A stretch of DNA of 64,000 bases from Phoronis australis. Lineage: Eukaryota; Animalia; Phoronida. The stretch is taken from positions 341,058 through 405,057 of the forward strand of contig NMRA01000021.1 in the NCBI GenBank assembly GCA_002633005.1. The letters are read 5' to 3'. The translations under genes and the position numbers were made by a program. Of the stretch, positions 1 to 11,000 are shown one piece after another (positions within the stretch are counted from its first letter, which is position 1; every line of letters begins with the position of its first letter). Below the pieces are notes generated by a model. It was not told the DNA's origin. It saw only the letters and a program-made list of their open reading frames with translations, and searched no databases.

Positions 1-436
1 AGAGTGCCAAATGTGGCCGAAAATGGCTTCAGTGAAAACCTGAAAAATAGCCGTTTTTGCCTCACAAATTCAAAACGTACAAATTTAAAAATGGATTTTG
101 AAAGTTATGCCATTAAATTATTCAGTCATTGCCCTTTCAATTCGTATTATTTATTTGTTTTGACCGTACCATGCATGCTAGTAAAATGCATTCAAACATT
201 CCTACTTCGACGCTCAATTTTGTTGCAAAATGGAGGTACAGATCATAAAAAGAAAAATAATGGAGGAAAATTCTTAAAAAGTGAGGTTTTTCTACTTCTC
301 AAGAAACCAAACTCATGTGCTAAGTTTCAAAAAAATCGGTGATTTTGGGTATAGACTCTACCTGTTGGTTTTCATATGGAGTCACTCTTAAATTTTTATG
401 GATTCTTGTTTTTGGGTCAACATTTATGGATTATTA

Positions 437-577
437 GTGATAACAACAACAATTGCGGCGGCAGCAATTATAATAGTAATAATAGCAATAGTAATATTAT
501 AGTAATAATAATAGTAACAATTATAATAATCATGATAATAGTTATGGTAATAATAATAGAAATAATAATAATAATAA
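437..577. repeat. Degenerate (AAT)n microsatellite
   Basis: aataat/agtaat runs; explains the poly-N/I/Y ORFs at 376-717. Confidence 0.9.
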
Positions 578-1860
578 CAAGAGCAACGCGGGGCGTTGAA
601 ATGCGCCCACCAATGCATTGCAAATGGTGTGCTTTTAGGGTTGTTTATTTGTATCATAAAAATGGAAACTAGATAGCGCAAAAACATACAATCCATCCAA
701 AAACAGGAACATGCCATATTTCATAAAAATCTGTCAAGGAACTTCAGAGAAACAAAGGAAAACAGAATAAAATGAAATTGCCACTAGTGGGCACAGTGTC
801 CCTTGGATCCGCCTGAAAGTGGTCATCGTCTGTTGTTATCTTCATATAAATACACTTACTAAATTTAGTAAAGATCCTGCAGTGGGTTTACGAGATACAA
901 CAATGGGCACAAAACAAAACTACCACTAGGAGGCACCACAGTAATCAGTCACCATCACCAAAGGTCGTCTTCACAGTGAGAACATATATGCCAATTTTCA
1001 AATGATTTGGTAGATACAAGGATGGACACCAAAAACAAGATTTGAAAACAGCAAAAGTGGCCACTAGGTAGTGCAAAATACCTCGATTACATCCAAAAAC
1101 AGGCAGATAGCACCATCACACCAATAGATGCCTATATTTAAAATTTTATGAAAATCTGTTGAGGACCTTTGAAGATACGGAGTTAAATGTAAAAAACTAA
1201 AATTGACACTAGGGGGCACAGCAGTAGCCAGATCTGTCTGAAGGTCGTCGTCGTCATCCATAGTCAACATCACATAAATACACTTGCTAAATTAAGAAAA
1301 GATCCTGCGAACGGTTTAGGAGATACAGCCATAGGCACAAAAAACAAAACTGCCATCCGAAGGCGCTTCAGTAGTCCAAATCATCGGAAAATCATCGTCA
1401 ACCGTCCTCTTCATAGTAAGCACATACATGCCAATTTTCACAATCATCCTTTGAGCGACTTGGTTGATAGAGGGGTGGACGCAAAAAAACAGACTCGAAA
1501 ACAGTAAAAATGGCCACTAGGTGGCGCAAACTATCCCTCCAAAACCGAGAGGATAGCGTCATCTCACTAATAGGTGCCTACATACCAAATTTCATGAAAA
1601 TCCGTTCAACACTTTTGAAGATACAAAGGTAAGCATAAAAAACTAAAATTGCCACTAGGGGGCACACCGGTAGTCGGATCCATTCGAAAGTTCGCTCATG
1701 CTGTCCCATTCATAAATGGAACATAGATGCCAAATTTCTTGAACGTATGGCAAAGGGTTTTGGAGATAGAGCAGCGGACGCCGGACAGACGCCCTCCGGA
1801 CGGAGGGACGGACGGAGATGACAGCATAATGCGTCCACATATAAATATGTTGGCGCATAA
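576..1860 (+). mobile_element. Non-autonomous Helentron/HINE-like element with internal degenerate tandem repeats (about 140-160 bp)
   Basis: Begins AACAAGAG with a short GGGCG..CGCCC hairpin, has 7 degenerate internal units and a GGAC-type microsatellite (about 1775-1815), and ends with the hairpin ATGCGTCCACATATAAATATGTTGGCGCAT (1829-1858). Embedded in (AAT)n on both sides, inside an RPAP1 intron. Confidence 0.65.
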
Positions 1861-1925
1861 TAATAATAATAATAGTAATAATAATAGTAATAATAATAGT
1901 AATAATGTTAGTGATAATAACAATA
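1858..1925. repeat. Degenerate (AAT)n microsatellite
   Basis: taataataataatagtaataat run directly after the Helentron-like 3' hairpin. Confidence 0.9.
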
Positions 1926-2029
1926 AACAAACAGTGATTCTAGAAAATAGAACAACTGAAATCAATATAACACTTTCTTAGAGCAATATCACTTTAGTAA
2001 AACAGCGCAAACCATGAGACAAGACTGAC

Positions 2030-5000
2030 CTTTCGCCTGCTGTTTGATACAATTCTACTATGGGAAGGAACATCCAATCCCGAGGAACCAGCAATTGGCC
2101 TCCAGATGGAGCCAGTAGTGTCCCAACTTCCTGAGGAATACTCAACAGTTGTGACCTGTTACAAACGAAAACGATTCCGTTGTAGTTGACATTCTCACAG
2201 TTTCACACAAAAATTACGTAATATAGTATTTGAAACTGTTACAACTTGGTAGCAATATTCACTTCCCCGAGCAACATTTGTGACAAGCAGAGTGAATGAC
2301 CAGAGATAGCCAAACACAAACACAAAAACAGTTCACTCAATATACTACCAACATTTACGTGTGACTTCGATATGAGATACGACATTAATTGTTAGAATAT
2401 AATGCTCATGTTATACACAGCCAAAATGATATTGTAACAGTTTCAGAGTCAGTACAAAGACAACAAGATCACAACAAAAATGCCAGGATCAAAAACAAAT
2501 TGTTTAGATTTGGGTGAACAGTTAAAGCTGAGTTTCGACCCGTTAAATGGCTAAAACAAAATCTGAATAACCAGGTAAGCTTTTTGATGTCATAACATTC
2601 CTTACCGTGATAGATAGAGGGAAAGACAAAATGGCATCACATAAAAAGTAGAATTACATGTCTGGGTGTCTAGCATAGGCAAGGGTTGCTACTTTTTATC
2701 ACTCACACCTTTGAGTCTGTGTGAAAACATCAAACATAAAACATGCTTTCCAAACATAATGACCTTGACACACCAAGGTAAATTAAAGCAAGAACTTCAA
2801 AACCTGACAAAAATGAAGTGGACGATGCCACATTAGAGGCAAAGTTGCCCATTTCCGTCCGCTGACACCAGACTACTTTAAGATATTGAGTTGGGCTCCA
2901 CATTTAGAGTTCGTTGTTACAGAGCCCTAGCCTATGAACCACCTGGCGTGGTAAATTTTAGTAATCATGAAACGAGAGCTGAGCTGTTGAAGGTCAAACA
3001 ACGACAAGTTGACACGAACTTTTAAACGGTGTGAACAGCTTGATTACATATCATTTCTAAACAGGTGTAGTTTGCATAAAAACAGGACTCCTTCATTTCT
3101 TCCTTTCTCAAACTTTTCAACTTCAACAATGTATGTCTGCATTCACAAAACGACAGATTTTGATACAAAACGACAGATTTTGATGTCAAATTTCCTTAGT
3201 CTCAAGGTGTCACCAAAGTGATATTTTGTCACACAACCTTCTAAAAGAAAACAGTTTCAAAATATCTACTCACATCCACCCTCCAACATTACAGACCAAA
3301 CAAATCACTCAAATTCACAGTGCCACATTTGAAGACCAACAAAGAATATATTCAGCGTTTCAAAAAAAGCTTTTAGCTAATTTAACACGATTTCTCTTTT
3401 TGTTATTCTATCATCACCTGGATTTCATTAACTCGGATTGTTTTTTCCCCAGTGTCATAAGATACGTGTATCTGATGTTGGCTAGTGACTTTGTACACTC
3501 TATCAAAAGAGCGGCTCTATCAACACGCAAAGACTGCTGGGAAGCAGAAATTATCTCTTTTTTCTCATCAAGGTGAAGTTCTGATAACATCCGCTGACCA
3601 CTGTTGCTAGAATCCGTGTCTCTAGAAAGAAAAAAAGGGACCAGTGAAATGAGAATCACATTTCTGTCCAGTCTGCATTTTAATTTACAATATTGATGCT
3701 TAAACAACTGCAGTTCTTGACTATGAATCTTAAAATGTTCTCAAGTAAACGAAACTTAATCATAAGAATTACCATTACAACTTTTTACAAGTTTGTTTAA
3801 ATTTATTCTTTGGAAATAATAAATGAATAGTTTCATTTCTGAACCATTAGTATTCTGCAAACAGTAGCGGTGCTAAAATGTCTGGTGAAACACATCACTG
3901 GATCAGTACCAAATTTCATTGTTTATAGCACTGTTTGACAGTAAGTCAAAACAATCAATTGAATTTTACGTCCACTAACTTTTGAAAGCTCAAAAGCCAA
4001 AAGTCCCATGCAGCAGCACCTAATAACACCTTTGTGTAGGTTCCTGTGCTGAGGTGGAACTCTTTGTTTCGTTTAATACGGCGAGCAAAAATTCCTCACT
4101 AAACAGTATAACACCACAAACTCAGGCAAACACAGCCGCTGACTAAATTCATTCAAGTTTGATTTGATCTAATTCGCACTGCCTCGGCCTTTAAATGAGG
4201 ATCTTAAAATGAAATGAAGTCCAAATTTGTCACAGAGCTTGGTAGTTCAAACATCTATCTAAATTAAGATGAAAAATGCACATTGTACTTTCAGAAACCA
4301 ATCCGAGCGATGGCGCACTGACCAGGTCACATATAAGATCATTGGCCAATCATGACTCACAGGTCGTACTCACTGAAACAGGTGAAGGCTAACCTAATCT
4401 TTTTGGGGTCCTGTGCATACAGTCTGGGCCTACCCTGGTAGCTAAACGGACCCCATGGGTCATCTTATGCCAGCAATATGTTATAAATAATGTTGTTCTA
4501 GATTGAAAGTGACTCTGCACTATTGGATCATGTATCTCATTATCTATCCAGTCTAACGCAACAGACAACAAAAATTCATTATGCCTAAATTGGAAAAACA
4601 AAATGTAAATAATTTCATTTTATCAGGTCATCTCCCAAATCTGTGTTTAATACGAGTTCCTCCTAAATGCAGAGCACACTAAATTTTTATCAGAAAACCT
4701 TCCCCAACAACCCTACTGAATGTCAAATGTTCTTCAACACTGTTGAGATGAGAACATTACGTATTTAATTGCCGACACCAATTACATGACTGAGCTTTCC
4801 CAAATAAATGGAGTCAAAAAGAATTTCAGTCAACACTATTTACTGGTAACAAGAAGATAACCAACATACACCCTGTGAGTGAAATCACTGAAGGAACCCC
4901 ATCTACGTCGTGAATCTCGAGTCCACAAAAATTAAAAAAATATGTTCCTAAAAATTCACTTACTCAACAAGACTGTCACTGAAAATGACATTAGACAGTA

Positions 5001-8000
5001 GGTCATGGGCAAAGTGATCGTGTCCTGGTTGCAGACGTGTCAACAATGACAAAGACACCTGGTGGTAGAGCGTCAAATCACACAGTGGCTGAAAGTAAAA
5101 GTGTTGGGAAACTTTAGGCTTAGTACCTCAAGCTTCTATATTTATAAAACAAAATTAATATTTGACAATTTAAACAGGGAACAAAACATAGAGATTCTAT
5201 GTCTTGGAATTTTAAAACTGCAAAGTTGCTTTTTAAAAAAATTATTTCAAAAACATCTGGAGAAGAAGCAATTATTTTTAAAAGTCCTGCAATTTTAAAA
5301 TTGCGAAGTTGCTTTTTTCACTTTCTTCTCTGATGGGAAGAATTTAATTTCAAGCAAGTTTTTCATAAAATAATACAGAATGGATTAAAGAGCACTCCAG
5401 TCGTTATTCTGTATATCTAACAATTCAAATCTTCACAATCAGAAGAAATAAACAACCTTCAGTGACGCTATCTTCACCAAATAATACTGGAACATGTTTT
5501 CAAATTTGCACCAATAGTTGGCAGCTTGTCGAAGCTCTCGGTGGGTACACACACGACGCAAGTAACTCAGAATTCCACCATCTTGCAATAGAAGTTGAAA
5601 TGCCTAAAATATGAATCATTCAAGGTTAAAATTGCATTTCCCTGTTTAGCTGTCTGAGTGTCCAATTAATTATAAAAATTTTGACTATACGGATAATTAT
5701 TCCCTTCATCATATTACCCTGCAAAATAGGTTAATGAACATCAGCAGAAAATGTAATTGAACTTTAATTGACACACATCTGACTAATTAAAATGATCGTG
5801 ATGATGGTAGTCCATAGTTCCTTACAGTATTGCGTAATCCCTTGTGGAGTTTGTACATCGAAGTTAGCAAGCGACAGATAGCCATCAGGGCATTGAAAGG
5901 AGAGTACTTGGACAAAAGGGGAGACAACTGGATCTCCTCCTGTTTGACACAAGCACTGCCAACAGAGGGCAGGTTTGATGGAGCTTCCTGAGAGAATGGG
6001 GAAGCATTACACAGCATCATAGAGTGGTCGCTGTAAAAGAGGTGGAAAAGCAAATTTTTATTATCAGTTGTTTTTTGACGATTCCTAATTTCAAGGCTGA
6101 AAAATACTCATAATGAAAATGATGATTATAATAGTCGTTGACCGGACTAGTTTAATTGTTCACAGTATCAACATAATAAAATAATCTGGAAATTCATTTA
6201 AAATACAAGTTCCTTTATGACACGGAATTATTTTACACTAAATGACATGTGACATACAACTCTTTGCAACCTTCACCTGGTCCGGTGTTAAACTATGGCG
6301 AAGAAGACGGGAGTAAAAATTTTCTGACTTCCAATGAATTCCGTTTTGTAGCTTGATGAAATTAATCAGACAACCAAATTGGTTAGGATTGTGTGAGTTT
6401 GGCAAGATCATGAGAATCTCGGTGAGTTATCGTCATGTGTGTACACTAAGTTTATAGTATTCATGAACGCACTTCTCAGAACATGGATAGAACTACTATC
6501 TAATACTGAAGATAAGAAAAAGCTTCCTAACAACTTACATTAGTGATCCCGTGAGAGCCGAGAAGGCTGGAGATTGTAGTAATGGAAGGAGTAGAGTGTC
6601 GTACAAAGACTCCATCTGTTGGAGGCAGAGGACAGCATCGAAACCAGGCTAAAGACATGTAATGGAAAGGATAAATGAAATACTTCAAATAGACATAAAA
6701 ACCGAGAAAAAATTCTCTAAGCAAAGAGGGTCAAACACAACCATGCATTGCATTTGTAACTCTCATGATCCCTCCAAATACAAAAAAAATTGTTTTACTG
6801 AACGCAGTCTGCGCCATGCATTACAAGAGAAGCACATGACCTCACAAACTTTCCCTTCCAAACAGTTCGCATTACAGGCCCCTGGAGTGACCTCTACACA
6901 CCAAGTTTCCTGAGAGAAAAGCGAGATCACGCAAAATCCCACAAAAAATCATGTGAGTGAAAAGGGAGTGTTTCCCAGGTATGACCGAGACCATCCTAAC
7001 ATAAACTTGCAAAATACCAGCCACTGAAGTGATTCGTTAATGAAGTTGGTGTGTTCAATTATGGGACATGATTCACATTTTCCGTTCCATAATGGAAAAA
7101 TTTTTCACTGCCAGAGAGAACTAATGTCTTTGGTCTACAGAACTTAGCTGCTCGCATTTTATTCTCAACATTCCTTCCTGCTGTGAGCCACTCACTGTGA
7201 CCTTCCTAGGAGGTCACCACACCCCACTGAGTGTCGTGTGTCTCACCTGATCAGCAGCTTTAGCATAGTAGCTGGCCAACAAATGGGTGCAACTTGAAAA
7301 GAGTGACAAGTTGAACTTCTAAAAAATAAAATATAAAAAATAAAATCACGTACATCTACATCATTCACATCTTACCTACTGCAAAACATAGTTACATCAC
7401 ATTTCCCGAAATACTTGTAACCAAAATCATTAGCATATAAAATACATTAGTTGTTTTGCAAAGTCAAACAATTTTCGTAGATTTTATGATGACTTAAATG
7501 CATTTTGCCATGTTGAGCTGCCTAAAAATGAATATTAAATTAGGCCTTTACTCTTATAAAATTGGTTTCATAATTTTCTTCGTCATGATTGGGCTCGTTA
7601 ATACCAAAATGAACAAATCCTCAACAGGTCAAGACATGTGACAGAAAATTGTTGTTGGTTTTAATTGGGTTGGCAAACCCTGAAATTCGACAATGGCACA
7701 CAGGGAATTATATTCAAAAATAGGCGAGTAACATGACACAATGACCATTTCCTGTGAATAAATCACAGATAAGTAGCTGGATTTTGCCTCATCAGTTAAT
7801 AATCCAAAATATGTTTCAAGTCGATAGCTAAAAAGAGCCAAATGCATCTTCAAGTTTTTAAAGCACAAATAGATTTAATTAAATCATGTAATATCGTGTT
7901 GCCAACATATCAGGAAAAATTTTGAAACAGGTTATCATTTAGAAAAAAATTTGCATCAAAACTTAATTCCCAAATGTAACACTTCTCCTGGGATGAATAA

Positions 8001-11000
8001 TCAGAATACTAGTTAAAAACAGTCTTGCCTTAAAGTGATAGTTGTCAATGAACTCTTTGCACCAGTTCTTAAGACACATCTGTACAGGCTCCATGAACCC
8101 AGTAACATGACTCCAATGAATGGCTGGGATTGGCTGAGCCTGTGAATCAGCACTTCCTTGCTTTTGGCTAAAATAAAATGACAATGCAAGAAAACACCCA
8201 ACTAAAAAACAAAAGTATAATAATGGAGACTTTGCAGCAATACAATTATGAGTCAACAAATATGTCCGAAAACTAGCACACCCTAAAGATTAGGAAACAG
8301 ATTCTTACAGAGCCTAATCTCAAACACATCAAATGACCTGGAGGGTCAAGCCAACTTACACAGCCTAATCTCAAACACAACACATTGTTAGTCCTTTTCA
8401 AGCCCACAAATGAGTCGAAACCAGCAAGAATTTCTCAAATAAAGCAACTGAGATCACGCGGTTTGTTTGTAATGCTTGGCGTTTTCATGAGTTTCTCAGC
8501 TCTTGGGAATGCAGGCTCGTTATTAAAATTAAGTGGTGTCAATCATACCTTACTTTTTGGCTGAAGACATTTTTCAAAAGTTTTATTTTCCCAGTTCAGA
8601 TGAGTATGAACAACGGTCTTGCAAGTTTATGGCGAGTTTAACACTAGTTCATCTCCAGTTGAACTCAAGTAGAACAGCCTGTTGAATACAATAGAACCCT
8701 GAGTACCTTGCCACCAACTTTCTCTCCATACTGTAGGTTGAGGCAGCCAGATGACTGGAGGCTTCTATGACTCCCAACATGGCTGACGTCAAGCTGACAA
8801 CTGGCTCCCTCTCTTGGAGGGTCGATGATGGAAACTGCTGCACTCTCTCCATGAGTAAGGAGTAGGCATCTCTGGAATATAAGGACACACCATCTTCACA
8901 GGTGAAATACTCTCAGACATTACAGGTAGAAAAATCAAACAGCAGCTTAAACCATGTTTGCAAATTGAAGAGGTAAAGAGCATGAATATCAAAGCATTTC
9001 TCTTATACGCATATATACCACACTGATGATTAAATTTAATATTAGCTTTTTCCATAATTCAGTTAACATTTTGAATTCAAAATAATACCCATTGTGGAGA
9101 CCAGTTGCTGGTTGCAAGAAATAGTTCCAACTCAACTATGTTCCCCACTTTCAGCACATTTGTGGCCTTTGTGCAAACACAGAAGGTCCTTTCTTCTGCT
9201 ATTCTATCTCCACTGGTACCCCAACTATTAGTTTTGATACAATACATGCCCACAGTGAACTATGTCGACTGTTACATGCAACTCGTCACAGCTCCCTTTA
9301 ACAACAATGTTGAACAGCCCCAAAATATAACTGCAGCAATTTTGATAGATCTTCTAACCAGAAAAGTTACAACCTGTAAATTTTCCAACAATGCTAACTG
9401 ACTGTTGACATTGCACCTTCAACTTATCTTTTTATATGAAATGTATTTTATTTTACAGGATTTTTTAACACAACAAGGGACCATGAAGTTCACAATTCTG
9501 ACTTTACCCATTTACTGCCTAACCTTCATATTCACCTCAAGGTGTCACTGGTGAAGCCGTAAGACAGACATATCTGCCACATTCGCAGACACTCAGTTTT
9601 CAGCTTGTAGGATTCCTCAGTAGCGAGGGGTAAAGCACTGCAACAAGATAGCACAATGCACTTGGCAAGTAATACAAATGAGAACAGTAAAGGCTATATA
9701 TAGTAAATAAGAACAGTAAAGGCTATAAATAGTAAATAAGAACAGTAAAGGCTATAAATAGTAAATAAGAACAGTAAAGGCTATAAATAGTAAATAAGAA
9801 CAGTAAAGGCTATAAATAGTAAATAAGAACAGTAAAGGCTATAAATAGTAAATAAGAACAGTAAAGGCTATATATAGTAAATAAGAACAGTAAAGGCTAT
9901 ATATAGTAAATAATCTGAGACATGAACAAGTGAACACATTGTCGTGTTCTCACCAGGATTAAAGTTGAGTGTGGTGGGAGTGACAGGAAACAAAGCTATT
10001 AATCGTAATATTCAACTAAGTCCCGAAGGGTAGACCACTGTCTTTGTGCTTTTTTGATATTTTTTCTGTGAATAATTTGATCACAGCTGGATATTAATTT
10101 CAGGATAAGATTCAGAATGTACTTATGGTTATGTTAGCCAATCACCATTGATGTGATGTCATAACATCATCCTTTTCATTAGTAGTCATCAAAATGACAA
10201 TGTCTTCATATTGGTCCGCAGTTGTGATTTGTTCACACTGTTGGTCCAAGGCCATAGGTCCCAAAATAATTATGGTTATGTGTCATACACTCGTAAGACA
10301 CTTGGAGATGGAAACTGGACTTGAGTTTGTTTCTTACAGCAATTACAATTTTAACCTCCAACTTACAAAATTTTTCACTGATATCACTTCCACGTTTGAT
10401 TAAAATGGTGAAGCAAAGTACAAGGAATGCAAATGAACAGTTTCTACAAACCTTTCTTCTGTTGCCAGATAGGTCAAGCACAAAGTTGGTAGGTCATGTT
10501 TTGAAACCTACAAATAAAACAGAGCAAAATGAGCAAGGCATTGTTTCTACCATTCTATTAAATCACAAGTTTCAAATTACCATTGTAAAACACAACATTA
10601 TATAAACCACACTCACCAACCACGTGATAAGATTTCTTTACACCTTCTATGTCTTCACTGTTCATGGCAACTTCATGCCACATGATTACCTAAGTTAACC
10701 ATATAACATTTTGGAACGTTTTATGCCGCAGAAACCACAAAAAATTCTTGCTGGTACTTCAATCATTCATTAAAAAGGCCAATGACCATGAGACTTGAAG
10801 TTCAATAAGAAAGTGGTTATTAATTTTATGTCATCGTTTGTGCTCCAGAATTGCATTACAGCTGCATTATGAATAGTAGTTGTCAGCACGGTCTGTGCTG
10901 TACAGCTGTCAACAAGAAACATTTGATAAAATTTGGCACATTAAGGCAATTCTAGTAAGCATCAAAACAAGAAGTAAAATGACAAATTTGCACTTCTTTT

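Noticed and set aside
376-717. Poly-Asn/Ile/Tyr ORFs
   Set aside because: Translations of an (AAT)n microsatellite.
1655-1981. ORFs with poly-Leu/Ile/Asn and SVRPSVR
   Set aside because: Microsatellite and Helentron-like 3' end, not genes.
9681-9912. 29-bp repeats as a CRISPR array
   Set aside because: No spacers, no cas genes, and located in a eukaryotic intron.
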